IMG/VR virus record: IMGVR_UViG_3300027756_000030 | Location: 1 to 34,233 of that record | Strand: one strand, 5' to 3' | Source: a virus | Taxonomy: Duplodnaviria; Caudoviricetes | DNA length: 34,233 nt | Shown: positions 14,571 through 24,200 of the stretch, one piece after another | How positions within the stretch are numbered: the first letter of the stretch is position 1 | How the letters are laid out: the number at the start of each line of letters is the position of its first letter | Program-made: the position numbers and the translations under genes | Notes under the pieces: generated by a model | Databases searched by the model: none | Seen by the model: the letters and a program-made list of their open reading frames with translations, nothing else | Told to the model about the DNA's origin: nothing

Positions 14571-16037
14571 CTAATCTTCTGTTAGATCCTTAAGTATCTT
14601 CGTGGTTTGCTCTTCATTTAAACCTCCAGTTGGGAGCTCATTTAGTATCTGAGCCCTCTCTCCGAAGATGGAACTTAGCACACCAGCCGACCCTTGGCGC
14701 TCCACTGTCATGCGAATAAACTCACGTGAATCGTCTAATTCTTTAGTAGTTTTAATCAATTTAAACAAGCGGTCGATTTCCTGAGAAACGTTAGGATCCG
14801 CGTATCCACCGTTGATTTCTTCAGCAAAACGCATAAAAGCTACACGTTGTCCCTGCATTTCAATGATGGCATTGATTAAACTCTTTAACTGTTCTTTAGT
14901 TTTAACCTCAACCGGAAGCTTAAATGCACAGGTGCTTTGAGGTTTAAAAGCGGGGCAATTAGAAGCTATAAAGCATGTATCGCACACCCTAAGACTGGTC
15001 TGTTGCGACTGGATTACGGGTATGTCTTTAATGACTCCGTGCTCGTCAATTTCAGTCTTTACCTCGTACCCAAACACCGGTAAATTGACAATTTCATCTG
15101 CATTTCGGGGTTCAAGTTTCCGCATCTGTATACCCTTATTATCAGATATGGCAGGGGTAGTTTCCCCACTTTGCTCCACTTCACTCCCATCGCTATTATC
15201 ATATAACAGTGAGTCATCTTCGTTAGGGTTCATTGTATTTATCCTCATCTCAAACTGTTCATATGACCATACAGCAAGCTTGCATACTTCTTTTGGATCA
15301 TCTTCTAATATCAAATCTGCATCGAGCCCAGCCTTCTCATAGACCGGACGATAGCGGGATCTAGCTTGGTCTTTCATCTTCTTTGGGTAACGCACTAGCC
15401 TAGTGCCATCCCAGACTATAGTCTCGCCATGCAACATTGGGGATAGCCACGACAAGGTACTAGCTGACTCAACCTTTACCTGTCGTAGGTTATCTGGCTT
15501 GGCACAACCTAAGGCGTGGAACCTAGTTCCATCCTGTATGACGTGAGCTCTTGTGGCGCTAGCAAGCATGCTGTCGGCTTCAATAGCCTCTCCAGGTATA
15601 GCTATATCCAAATAGGTGTCTACAAGCTTTTTAAGGCCTGTCAAGCGAGTGTGAGGGTTCCACACGGGTTGAAACTTGCCGGGTGGGACCTCGGACCAAG
15701 CCGTCTTTCGTTGTAGCTCTACAAAGTCTTCTGGTACCCACTCGTGGTTAATCTCTGTAAAGGAGGTCAACCGATCAATATTGTTAGCTATAAAATCTTC
15801 GTATTGTGCGGCAAAAATCTCTAAATCTAAACGGTCTAACCGAGTGCCTTTTGGGATGCCCGGGTGTACGTATATGTAAAAGTCTTTACCGAAGTAGTTT
15901 TCTAATAAATAGTCGCTTTTCTTGGGTAGACCGCGTTTTGTCAAACGCCAGTAACTTACCCCTACATGGTTAGCTGTAGTGGACTCTAAAAGTGTCCTAT
16001 TACTTGGCACCTCGGCACCTAAGTAGATAATTTTCAC
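14571..16037 (-). CDS. hypothetical protein; possible degenerate TGT/DpdA-like barrel plus Cys cluster
   Basis: FHALG...SASTLSW...G resembles the H-x-LG...S-x-DSSSW motif; CDTC-x5-C-x8-C in the C-terminal half. Confidence 0.55.
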   Translation of the reverse strand: MKIIYLGAEVPSNRTLLESTTANHVGVSYWRLTKRGLPKKSDYLLENYFGKDFYIYVHPGIPKGTRLDRLDLEIFAAQYEDFIANNIDRLTSFTEINHEWVPEDFVELQRKTAWSEVPPGKFQPVWNPHTRLTGLKKLVDTYLDIAIPGEAIEADSMLASATRAHVIQDGTRFHALGCAKPDNLRQVKVESASTLSWLSPMLHGETIVWDGTRLVRYPKKMKDQARSRYRPVYEKAGLDADLILEDDPKEVCKLAVWSYEQFEMRINTMNPNEDDSLLYDNSDGSEVEQSGETTPAISDNKGIQMRKLEPRNADEIVNLPVFGYEVKTEIDEHGVIKDIPVIQSQQTSLRVCDTCFIASNCPAFKPQSTCAFKLPVEVKTKEQLKSLINAIIEMQGQRVAFMRFAEEINGGYADPNVSQEIDRLFKLIKTTKELDDSREFIRMTVERQGSAGVLSSIFGERAQILNELPTGGLNEEQTTKILKDLTED

Positions 16038-16495
16038 CCTTGAACTCTAGGATCTTCTGTAAATTGCTCCTGTTGTTTAACTATCTCGTCAACAATAGCT
16101 GACCAACTCTTTACTCCAACTTTACTGTCCGGCCTAAAATTTTCTGTAATGTAACTAGGCTGTAAAAAAATTAAAGTGGTAATTCCGGCCTCCAGTAGTC
16201 GTTTGCCCAACACAGGGTCGGAGCATATCACCATCTCAACTGGACCTTGTGCCCTTACATACTCAACTTGTCGCCAACTTGGAAAGTCTGTAATTCCTGG
16301 GATGTCGGTACCAACTAAATCATCTAATTTATTAATTTTATGCTGCCGCAACCAAATGTCATCTTTAGTTTTATTTTCACACAAAAGTATTACTTTGTTA
16401 TTTTCATTTAATAACTTATACAAAGCAAGACCTTGATATATAGGTCCACCCTTTTGACTACGAAGTACACCTTCGACAAACATTAAAAACGCCAC
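16034..16495 (-). CDS. HAD-fold-like protein, catalytic motif degenerate
   Basis: LMFVEGVLR in place of DxDGVL; WLRQHKI; GGAG RBS. Confidence 0.55.
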   Translation of the reverse strand: MAFLMFVEGVLRSQKGGPIYQGLALYKLLNENNKVILLCENKTKDDIWLRQHKINKLDDLVGTDIPGITDFPSWRQVEYVRAQGPVEMVICSDPVLGKRLLEAGITTLIFLQPSYITENFRPDSKVGVKSWSAIVDEIVKQQEQFTEDPRVQG

Positions 16496-16524
16496 AGTTT
16501 ATGCTCCAATTTAAGTAGTGAATA

Positions 16525-17457
16525 TTATCGTTTAGCTGATAAGGCGCGTCTCACTAAAGTATTTGCGTCAGGAAGCTCCATACCGTATGTAGATGCCTCA
16601 AACTCTTTTCTACTCTTTGTGTTTAACTCTTTTAACTGTTTTAATGCTTGTACCGTACCAGCTGATTTACCAGACTGCCAACGATAATTAGCTACGTCAG
16701 CATACCCTTGTCCGCTTGGGCTAAAGGCCGTCTTACGAGCTTGATGAATCATATCAAATAGCGCTGATCCTTGTTCTACTGCTAGCTTTAAAGCGGCTTC
16801 AGCATTTCGTCTTGCGCTGTCGTTGCTAGCTGCTCCAATAGTATTTAATGCTTTTGTATATCGATCTAAAATCTCCATAGTAAATGAAGTGTCTCTAGAT
16901 ACGGTTTGATCCCATACTTTGTTTACCGGAGCTTTGCGAAGCTCGGGTGAAACAGTCCAATCATCATTGGTAAGGGAGTAAGCTGCGTAAGGTTTAATAC
17001 TTCTAATATCAGATTTTACGTTTACATAAAAAGTAAGCTCATACGCATTTAAAAACTCTTCTGTTATAGGGTGGAGTTCTTTCCTAAAATCTTCGTTAAA
17101 CATATCTGCAATCTGTTGATCACTCAAAGCTTTGTACTCTGGGTTGGTCTGACGGAACCTAAGGTAGTTCACGCCAATCAAACAATCAAGGTCTGCGGGG
17201 CTACGAGCTCCGGCCCATTGATAGGACACAGCAGATCCAGCTAACCATACGTGAAGGTAAGCTTCAGGGTTGTAATAATGCTTCCGTAGGTGCTCTGACA
17301 AAATACGCAATACAGAAGATCTAACTGCCGGAACCAGCTTGTTGTCCCTAAACAGTCTAGGGTCAAGACCTACTCCGGGATTACTAAAATAAGAAGTCTC
17401 GGACGGAACCACTTCCACGGGTGTTGCTTGTGCAACAAGCGCGTCATAGTAGTTCAT
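16525..17457 (-). CDS. Pol-beta-superfamily nucleotidyltransferase; leaderless
   Basis: LAGSAVSYQW...ADLDCLI (GS...DxD) and YELTFYV; TATAAT 6 nt before the ATG. Confidence 0.75.
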   Translation of the reverse strand: MNYYDALVAQATPVEVVPSETSYFSNPGVGLDPRLFRDNKLVPAVRSSVLRILSEHLRKHYYNPEAYLHVWLAGSAVSYQWAGARSPADLDCLIGVNYLRFRQTNPEYKALSDQQIADMFNEDFRKELHPITEEFLNAYELTFYVNVKSDIRSIKPYAAYSLTNDDWTVSPELRKAPVNKVWDQTVSRDTSFTMEILDRYTKALNTIGAASNDSARRNAEAALKLAVEQGSALFDMIHQARKTAFSPSGQGYADVANYRWQSGKSAGTVQALKQLKELNTKSRKEFEASTYGMELPDANTLVRRALSAKR

Positions 17458-17464
17458 CTGATTA

Positions 17465-17671
17465 TTATAGTTCTTTTTCCTTCTGTTCTTTGTAGATAAC
17501 GTCCAATCGACGCATCTTTTCTTCTACGTTTTGGTCTATAGGTTTTGTCATATAACCACACTCATGATGCGCGTTAATAAAAGATTGCGCCCACACCATG
17601 GCAAGGGATTCGTGATCCGAAGTATCAGATTGAAACGATGCGTCACATTTGCAAGTCATCTCAATAAACAT
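17465..17671 (-). CDS. small Cys/His protein
   Basis: 68 aa, CKC...HHEC; GAAAGG RBS. Confidence 0.7.
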   Translation of the reverse strand: MFIEMTCKCDASFQSDTSDHESLAMVWAQSFINAHHECGYMTKPIDQNVEEKMRRLDVIYKEQKEKEL

Positions 17672-17714
17672 ACGGTTGCCTACCTTTCATTGGGTGTAGG
17701 TACAGTATACCGCT

Positions 17715-18002
17715 TTACTCGGTAAGAGTTCCGCCTGAACCCATGGCGCCTTGACTGCCCTTTTGGAGGCTTTCAATGACTGTACCGGCAATTTCCTCAC
17801 GAATTAGGGCTTCGTACAGCTCACGGGAGGCAATCTTCATATCTAAGAAGGTTGCTGACCGGGCTACTTTAAAGGGGGTGGACAAATCGGTCACTGCGCC
17901 AAATGATCCATTAGGCTTTTGAAATAAAATAAATGCAACGTTTGCTTCTGTCACTTCTACTGCGTCTTCAATTGGTGTTGCGTTTTCTGTTGATTTGCTC
18001 AT
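17715..18002 (-). CDS. hypothetical protein
   Basis: Start ATG 18002 (TAATG overlap). Confidence 0.7.
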   Translation of the reverse strand: MSKSTENATPIEDAVEVTEANVAFILFQKPNGSFGAVTDLSTPFKVARSATFLDMKIASRELYEALIREEIAGTVIESLQKGSQGAMGSGGTLTE

Positions 18003-18550
18003 TATTTGTATAGTCCCTTTTCTGTATAGGCTTTCTTTTGCACGAACGACTTTACCACACAAAAATCACAAAGGTAAGTTTTGACCTTGGATTTGCCTAG
18101 GCCTGCCTCTTTACGCTCTGCATCTGTCTTTGGGGTCAATACTTTACGCTCTGTCTTGTAATCGGAGCAATCACCTTTTGGCCGGTTATGTAAGGAGTAA
18201 CAGCTCATTGCATCATCTGAAAATGTAGCTTTAACATTGTAAAAATCGGTACCAAATACGTCTAGTCCGCTTGACCCACCAAGCAGCTGAGCCTTGATCT
18301 GTTTAATAGTGGACTCGCGTCCGTCCTTAGACATCCAAAAAAATGAGTCACAATCAAAGATACGGCCAAGGTGTCCCTTTTCCCCATGCCAGTCTACAAG
18401 CGGAGGAAGGAATGGGTTATCGGATTGATCATACTTGCCATCACCAAGGTATTTACCGCTCTTGGTGTAGGGGGCTTCTTCAATACTCTTGCAGGTATAG
18501 CAAACGACTATGTTAATTAAGTCTTCGCCCTGCTTTAATTTGTCTGACAA
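18002..18550 (-). CDS. Cys-rich hypothetical protein
   Basis: 182 aa, CYTC, CDFC; AGGAG RBS with TTG start. Confidence 0.8.
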   Translation of the reverse strand: MSDKLKQGEDLINIVVCYTCKSIEEAPYTKSGKYLGDGKYDQSDNPFLPPLVDWHGEKGHLGRIFDCDSFFWMSKDGRESTIKQIKAQLLGGSSGLDVFGTDFYNVKATFSDDAMSCYSLHNRPKGDCSDYKTERKVLTPKTDAERKEAGLGKSKVKTYLCDFCVVKSFVQKKAYTEKGLYK

Positions 18551-18588
18551 TTTATGCTCCTAATTGTTGGTCCGAATACTATCGTACT

Positions 18589-18867
18589 TTAGTTGTACAT
18601 GTCCCCTTCGCGGGCGGCAAATGAAAAATTAGCTTTTCTAACACCCATTGTGCCTTGCGTGCCAGCCCCACCGGTATCTATATTACCGGCGCCGGGAGCA
18701 AATGCGGTGTTGCCAATATCCTCAGGCTTGTAAGTTACTCGGGCACCGTCTTCATCTGAGAAGTTACCGCTATAACCCGTAGCTCGACCTAAAGCTTCTT
18801 GCATTTTATTGAAACTACCTACTGAACGTGCGGTGTCTTCTCCGCGATCTGGTAAACGATTTAACAT
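18589..18867 (-). CDS. hypothetical protein
   Basis: 92 aa, Gly-rich, coupled. Confidence 0.7.
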   Translation of the reverse strand: MLNRLPDRGEDTARSVGSFNKMQEALGRATGYSGNFSDEDGARVTYKPEDIGNTAFAPGAGNIDTGGAGTQGTMGVRKANFSFAAREGDMYN

Positions 18868-19391
18868 TACGGCATAGTCCTTCCCATTTTTCCCTGTGGG
18901 ATTTTAAATGGTTTAGCTGGTTTTAACTTTGGAGACTCTGGCTTAAACGGCATGTTCTCAATCTTACCTGGTGTTTTTCCCGGTATAAAAGGCATGTTCT
19001 CAGCTTTACCTGAGTTTGGTCCTGGAATAAAAGGCATTGGTTGTGCTTGAATTCCGCCATAGTTTCTAGGAGCTGGCATTGTCTTTTTCATTTCTGGACC
19101 AGAACCAGTACTACGTCGCATATCATTAGCACGATCTGGGGCAGGTTTCAAAGGCATTGGTGCAGGGTTAGAAGGTTTATTGTATCCAGCTATTCCACCA
19201 TTAATAGCGCCCACTATAGGAGCAACTGGGTTTATGTTAATCATAGGTTTTCCGTCAAGTGTGGTGCCGCGAGTTGAATTAATAGCACCATCCACGGCGC
19301 CTTTAATTGCTCCACCAATTTTTTGTACAGTAGATTTTGGCTTTGGTTTTGGTTTTGGTCGAACCGGCGGGCTTGCAATATTTCTTGCCAT
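18867..19391 (-). CDS. Pro/Lys-rich repeat protein
   Basis: PKPKPKP and three MPF(I/K)P repeats. Confidence 0.75.
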   Translation of the reverse strand: MARNIASPPVRPKPKPKPKSTVQKIGGAIKGAVDGAINSTRGTTLDGKPMININPVAPIVGAINGGIAGYNKPSNPAPMPLKPAPDRANDMRRSTGSGPEMKKTMPAPRNYGGIQAQPMPFIPGPNSGKAENMPFIPGKTPGKIENMPFKPESPKLKPAKPFKIPQGKMGRTMP

Positions 19392-19392
19392 G

Positions 19393-19602
19393 TTAGTTAC
19401 CTAGTGGGTTTACTTTAGCTGGCTCTTCTGAATTAATAAATCCATAGTTCATGTATGGATGTAGACCAGCGCGGTTCTTGATTACAAGCTGGTCGCCCAT
19501 GCCTGGATCAACAGTTGTATTTGGACGGCGCTTGCGGTACTTACCGTCTGTTGCGCCTTCTAACATATCTGCGTTCTCTGAACGTGCTTTACGAACTGTC
19601 AT
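19393..19602 (-). CDS. hypothetical protein
   Basis: 69 aa, GAAAGG RBS, ATGA overlap. Confidence 0.75.
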   Translation of the reverse strand: MTVRKARSENADMLEGATDGKYRKRRPNTTVDPGMGDQLVIKNRAGLHPYMNYGFINSEEPAKVNPLGN

Positions 19603-19817
19603 GCCATTCGGCCTTTCACTAAGTTAACCTTCTTGCGTCGACTGCAAGATGGGCAAAGCTGGTCTTCAATACTACGCAATGATTCTAATGGATTCATCAC
19701 GCTTCCACACCCCATACAGCCCTTAGAACCGTTATAAATGGTCTCTAAAGACACATCTGTGGCCCCCGGCATACCTTCGCCAGTGCCATCTGTAAATGAC
19801 CCAACATCATTCTTCAT
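19599..19817 (-). CDS. small zinc-finger protein
   Basis: CMGC...CPSC. Confidence 0.75.
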   Translation of the reverse strand: MKNDVGSFTDGTGEGMPGATDVSLETIYNGSKGCMGCGSVMNPLESLRSIEDQLCPSCSRRKKVNLVKGRMA

Positions 19818-20176
19818 ATAGCTGATCCTAACGTGTTGCGGCTTGTAGATTGTGTGCTGTTTGGAGTGTTTGAAAAATCAGACTCAACGCGTTGCTGGGA
19901 GGCCCCACGGCGAGGTAGGTCAATTATATCCTCAACGCCAATCTCGTCCTCGGTATACCCGTATCGAGCTGGAAACAGTTGAATTTGTGGAAGCGGTGGT
20001 CGAACAAACTCTTGTACTTCCGCGGGTGTCATACTAAATGCTGCTAGTGATTGGCTCATTAAACGCTCTTGATTGCTTTGAAAAGGACCAATATATTCTT
20101 GCGGTGGGTATAAAGCTTCAAGTGGAGCTGTCCACGGGCGTGGCCCATATACACCATCGGCATATCTACCTGCCAT
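19814..20176 (-). CDS. hypothetical protein
   Basis: 120 aa, within the operon. Confidence 0.75.
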   Translation of the reverse strand: MAGRYADGVYGPRPWTAPLEALYPPQEYIGPFQSNQERLMSQSLAAFSMTPAEVQEFVRPPLPQIQLFPARYGYTEDEIGVEDIIDLPRRGASQQRVESDFSNTPNSTQSTSRNTLGSAI

Positions 20177-20177
20177 T

Positions 20178-20708
20178 TTATTTCCAAGCCGGACGTAAAC
20201 GAGCCATCTTATCTGTGCGAGGCTTGTTCATTTCTAGTGGTGAAGTACTACGCATGTTAGCCTTTCCATCATTAGGAAGGTGTGGGGCTGGCGCGATTGA
20301 AAAGTTTGGTACGTGGCGGGCTGAACGATAAACGTTACCGTCTTTAGCAGCTTTCATTTGTCGAGCAATACCACTAAAGTTTTCTAAACCCTCTGGGTAA
20401 TAATAATCTGATGCGTCAATACGCTCACCGCGATGAACACCACGTTGATATGAACGCTGACCAATACGTACCTTTAAACCATCTAATACTTTATCGGATA
20501 CGCTAGATGGACGACCGCGATCATCTCTGCGTGAACGAATAGTTCCTAAATAACCATCTGGATATTCTGCTGAAGGTTGACGACCAACACCCATACGCAA
20601 GAAATCTAAATCAGATCTTGCAATAGGAACGCCACCGCCACCGTAGGTGGTGTTGGTGCCGTACAAGCCGGATGCGCCTAGGCTTTGTATATTTTGATTG
20701 TTAGGCAT
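20178..20708 (-). CDS. hypothetical protein
   Basis: 176 aa, Arg/Gly-rich, AEYPDGYLGTI. Confidence 0.8.
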   Translation of the reverse strand: MPNNQNIQSLGASGLYGTNTTYGGGGVPIARSDLDFLRMGVGRQPSAEYPDGYLGTIRSRRDDRGRPSSVSDKVLDGLKVRIGQRSYQRGVHRGERIDASDYYYPEGLENFSGIARQMKAAKDGNVYRSARHVPNFSIAPAPHLPNDGKANMRSTSPLEMNKPRTDKMARLRPAWK

Positions 20709-20712
20709 AAGC

Positions 20713-21921
20713 CTATGGTAAGCGGTTTTCTCCTGATAAAACTGCTAAATCTCTTCTTGGGTCATAGTCGGGACCCACTACTAATGACACAATGCCTGTT
20801 GGGGATTCTAAACCGCTCTTATCCCTAAACCAAGCACTGCCGCCGTCCATAGCCGGTACCTGTATCCAAAGTCTTGGTCCAATTTGATTTGCTTTAAAAT
20901 GGTGAAAGTGGCCGGTCATTAAAACATCTGCTGATCCCACTGGGGTACGGCCAGTAGCCTGACCGGCAATCCATTTACCCATATCCCTAGATTGATGACC
21001 ATGAGCTAGTCCTAAAATTGTTCCACCCAAATCAATTGCCAGTGTTGCGTGGTCTGCTGACGGGTAACGAAACACAACATGGGACAAAGCTGGGTTTTCC
21101 GCACAAGCATCCTGCACAGCTGCGGCAATCTCAATCTGCCACGAGTCTGTTGGATCAGTCATCATAATTCGATGAGTTTCATCGTGGTTACCTGGTACTA
21201 CTGGGATAATTAATTCATTACAAAGTGGTGCAAAAGCTTTTATCCATGCCATGAGGATGCGACGGCCGACTCGTACCTGCTGTGTAACTCCCAAGTCACT
21301 TCGTCCAAGGACTCTACCGCCTTGCGAAGTACTTCCTTCAATGCAGTCTCCGAGTTGTGGTAAAACAACAGTTCCAATTGGTCTTCCGCTTGCGAGTAAT
21401 TCTTTGTGCCTTCCAACAGCTTCATCAATTGCATGCAGGACTCGTCTAATTGTTGCTTCAGTACCCCCACCTGCGTCTTTTCCATATTGAGTGTCTCCAA
21501 TAGCATAGATAGCAAATAGTGGGCCTTTAGGAGCCTTGGTAGGTCGTGGTGTGTACTCATTTATCTCCTCTATTAAATCATCGTAATCAACATCGTTGTT
21601 GTGATTATAGTTCCGTGCTGGCTTAATGGATACTCTAGCAGCTTCTAGCCATTCTCCGTCATACCGCTGCCAACGGGACTTACGTACGCTTATAACTTCC
21701 CAAACTTCTGGATCTAAATCAAAATCTTTAAATAAATCTACGGCATCTGGTAGTTCTCCAGCGTTTCTTGGCGTAGATATAAAAAATCCGCCGTCTTCGC
21801 TAATATCTAATCTAGCTCTCCATTCCTGTGGGACATTGGAAGCTTTTAAATCTGAGCCGGGATTTGTTAAATCCCCAATAGTTTTACTTAAAACTTCTGA
21901 CAAACTTAATTTTTCTGACAT
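20713..21921 (-). CDS. calcineurin-like metallophosphoesterase
   Basis: GDTQ, LGDCIEG, GNHD, AHGH, GHFHH motifs. Confidence 0.88.
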   Translation of the reverse strand: MSEKLSLSEVLSKTIGDLTNPGSDLKASNVPQEWRARLDISEDGGFFISTPRNAGELPDAVDLFKDFDLDPEVWEVISVRKSRWQRYDGEWLEAARVSIKPARNYNHNNDVDYDDLIEEINEYTPRPTKAPKGPLFAIYAIGDTQYGKDAGGGTEATIRRVLHAIDEAVGRHKELLASGRPIGTVVLPQLGDCIEGSTSQGGRVLGRSDLGVTQQVRVGRRILMAWIKAFAPLCNELIIPVVPGNHDETHRIMMTDPTDSWQIEIAAAVQDACAENPALSHVVFRYPSADHATLAIDLGGTILGLAHGHQSRDMGKWIAGQATGRTPVGSADVLMTGHFHHFKANQIGPRLWIQVPAMDGGSAWFRDKSGLESPTGIVSLVVGPDYDPRRDLAVLSGENRLP

Positions 21922-22142
21922 GTGCAGTAACCCCTCATGTGTGACCTAAAAGCGGTAAGTTTAAATGGTAAATCCATTTCAAATGACAAATCTTTGTACA
22001 AAATTGCACATTGAAGTTTTTCTTTATTTTTTTGTAATAAACTAAAAGCTTCTTGTTCATCACTTTTTAAACTTTTTATCCACGTGTTTACAACACAGCT
22101 TGAAGGCGTATCCTCTAAATGCTTATTTAATATATCGAGCAT
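21906..22142 (-). CDS. hypothetical protein
   Basis: 78 aa, ends HMRGYCTC; AAGGAG RBS. Confidence 0.75.
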   Translation of the reverse strand: MLDILNKHLEDTPSSCVVNTWIKSLKSDEQEAFSLLQKNKEKLQCAILYKDLSFEMDLPFKLTAFRSHMRGYCTCQKN

Positions 22143-22194
22143 TTACTCTCCTTGTTAGCGCCTTGATGGGCTCACGGTGGCTTAACATTAGCAC

Positions 22195-22232
22195 AAAAAA
22201 AAGCCCCAGCAGTCTCGGAAGACGCTGGGGAG
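22195..22232 (-). terminator. intrinsic terminator
   Basis: CCCCAGC...GCTGGGG hairpin with A8 on the plus strand (U-tract on the minus strand), after 22245..22586. Confidence 0.8.
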
Positions 22233-22244
22233 CTAATTTTTATT

Positions 22245-22586
22245 TTATGGTTGTATTGCGCCTTCAGAAAATGAAGGTGACTGACGGTTCATTGCACTCT
22301 TAAGAATGCGACCGTTGCTCTGTGTTGCTCCAGCTGATGGATCAATAGATGCTTGGTACTTTACACGAATGCCGTAGCGAGCGCCACCGCGAGCGCCTGC
22401 GGCTGGAACGTTTGAACGAGATGGCTTTGCTTGACGGTATGGATCTGTTCCGCCTTTAGCGTTACCAACATTCTTTACAAGTGTTCCGCGTTCTGGTGCT
22501 TTGTAATTTGGTCGTGCGCTTGAAGAAGCCATTGGACCTGTTGAGGCAGGAGCAATTGGCTTTGAGTTCTTAGTTGAATCTTTCAT
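22245..22586 (-). CDS. basic low-complexity protein
   Basis: 113 aa; AAAGGA RBS; own terminator. Confidence 0.8.
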   Translation of the reverse strand: MKDSTKNSKPIAPASTGPMASSSARPNYKAPERGTLVKNVGNAKGGTDPYRQAKPSRSNVPAAGARGGARYGIRVKYQASIDPSAGATQSNGRILKSAMNRQSPSFSEGAIQP

Positions 22587-22649
22587 TTTGTATCCTTTGG
22601 CCTAAAGGGGTTTAATTAAAGGTACGGTATATCCGCTATAAATACAGGC

Positions 22650-22928
22650 TTAATTAGCAACAATCAAAAACACAATGGCGCTGATAGTGCCGTCGTGGCT
22701 TTCAATAGTAGCAAATCCTGGAATACAGGCTAGATCAATACCTCTTGGTGCGGTGTAGCCACGGGCAATAGCAATTGCTTTTACAGCTTGATTTACGGCT
22801 CCTGCGCCTACAGCTCTGACTTTACAGCTTCTAGTTTCATAGATATTGTGGGCAATAGCTGAAGCTAAAGCTTGTGGATTACTTCCAGCGCTAACGCGTA
22901 GGATGTGTTCTTCTGGTGATTCGGACAT
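22650..22928 (-). CDS. spoVS: SpoVS-family (Alba-fold) protein
   Basis: ILRVSAGSNPQALASAIA...RAVGAGAVNQAVKAIAIARG is the SpoVS signature. Confidence 0.9.
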   Translation of the reverse strand: MSESPEEHILRVSAGSNPQALASAIAHNIYETRSCKVRAVGAGAVNQAVKAIAIARGYTAPRGIDLACIPGFATIESHDGTISAIVFLIVAN

Positions 22929-22999
22929 GTGATACCTCGTTTGACGAATAGTGGAGCCCCGCGGTAATTATTATGGGGTAACCACAAGTATCTGTAAGG

Positions 23000-23173
23000 C
23001 TAAAAGTCGTCTATAGGCGTTGGAGCGGTCGCTAAAGACCCGCACAGAGCACATTCCATGTCTAACATATAAAGGCTTATTTGACCGTCCTCAAACATAG
23101 CCTGGACCTTCCACAAAGTAGACCCGCAAACACAGACCTCTAATGGATTGTCTTTATCTCTTAGGTCAAGCAC
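23000..23173 (-). CDS. 57-aa zinc-ribbon protein
   Basis: Hand-translated, GTG start: CVCGS...ECALCGSLATAPTPID. Confidence 0.75.
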   Translation of the reverse strand: MLDLRDKDNPLEVCVCGSTLWKVQAMFEDGQISLYMLDMECALCGSLATAPTPIDDF

Positions 23174-23180
23174 TCCAACC

Positions 23181-23324
23181 TCACAGCTCTATGCCTATCC
23201 AAAAGCATAAAAAGTCAATGTTAATACTGTACCTGTCAATAGAAAACCCTAAACCAAAACGTCTACCGTAACCCCAAGAAATCCAACGGTTACCGCGATT
23301 ACCAAGCTTACGTTCGTAATGCAC
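23181..23324 (-). CDS. 47-aa aromatic-rich hypothetical protein
   Basis: GTG start overlapping the upstream TAG; fills the operon gap. Confidence 0.6.
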   Translation of the reverse strand: MHYERKLGNRGNRWISWGYGRRFGLGFSIDRYSINIDFLCFWIGIEL

Positions 23325-23482
23325 TATGCACCTACGTTTTCTTTAGCCCAGTTGTTCCACTCTTCGTTTATCTCTGCAACGTCTATTGTTTTATCAAACC
23401 CATTTTCACGTAAATATTCAATAAAATCGTCATCAGCCACAAGTATTGGTAAGCCGTTGTATGTAACACCATAATCAATCAT
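23324..23482 (-). CDS. 52-aa acidic hypothetical protein
   Basis: MIDYGVTYNGLPILVADDDF...; ATGA overlap. Confidence 0.65.
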   Translation of the reverse strand: MIDYGVTYNGLPILVADDDFIEYLRENGFDKTIDVAEINEEWNNWAKENVGA

Positions 23483-23649
23483 TGTCCGCCCCATCCTCCG
23501 CCTTTAAATTGAACTGCTGGTGGTGTAAAAACTTTACTCATAGGACTCCCACATCGATCGCAATTAGGTCGCTCATTAGATTTAAAAGCAATGTGCATTT
23601 CTACAACGCTACTCTCACAGGTATCGCATTTGAAATCGTATTTAGGCAT
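23479..23649 (-). CDS. FmdB-family zinc-ribbon protein
   Basis: MPKYDFKCDTC...CDRCG...VQFKGGGW. Confidence 0.85.
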   Translation of the reverse strand: MPKYDFKCDTCESSVVEMHIAFKSNERPNCDRCGSPMSKVFTPPAVQFKGGGWGGQ

Positions 23650-24200
23650 TACTTCTCCCGAAACTTTGGATCCTGTAGCTTATCGTACACCTCTTTTTCG
23701 TACGCGAACACGTGCTGGCCTGAAACTAGGCGAGCTAAAGCGTAGGAATCTGCGGCGTTGTCGTCAGAAAACTCTACCTGCCACCGCTTGTATATTTGTA
23801 AAAGCATTTGACTCTTTGGTACGCCCTGGCCCTTGCCGGTAACGTACTTTTTGAGGCTGGTTGGCGGCACAATTAAAGGGTAAATACCAAAATCAAGCAA
23901 AGTTAGCTTTACCATACCGCCAAGCTCACCCAACATATTAGCCATCTGCGATCCAAAGGCGTAGCCTTCCATGGCCACGTCAGCAATGTTGTTAAACTGG
24001 TAAAGCCAGTTCATTACGTGAACCTGTATGTCTTTAAGCCGGTCTATCCCACCCTGCTCAGATTTGTAAACCTCGCAATAGAATGCGTTATCTTGTAAAG
24101 CGGTTATAGCGAATCCACTATAGGACTGGTCTATGCCAAGGTATACAGGCTTATCACCGTCAATAGATCCGTCGTAAAATACTTTCACGGCGTGAGCCAA
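23649..24200 (-). CDS. ruvC: RuvC-like Holliday junction resolvase
   Basis: LGIDQS, VAMEGY, LKKYVTGKG, DDNAADSYAL. Confidence 0.85.
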   Translation of the reverse strand: MAHAVKVFYDGSIDGDKPVYLGIDQSYSGFAITALQDNAFYCEVYKSEQGGIDRLKDIQVHVMNWLYQFNNIADVAMEGYAFGSQMANMLGELGGMVKLTLLDFGIYPLIVPPTSLKKYVTGKGQGVPKSQMLLQIYKRWQVEFSDDNAADSYALARLVSGQHVFAYEKEVYDKLQDPKFREK

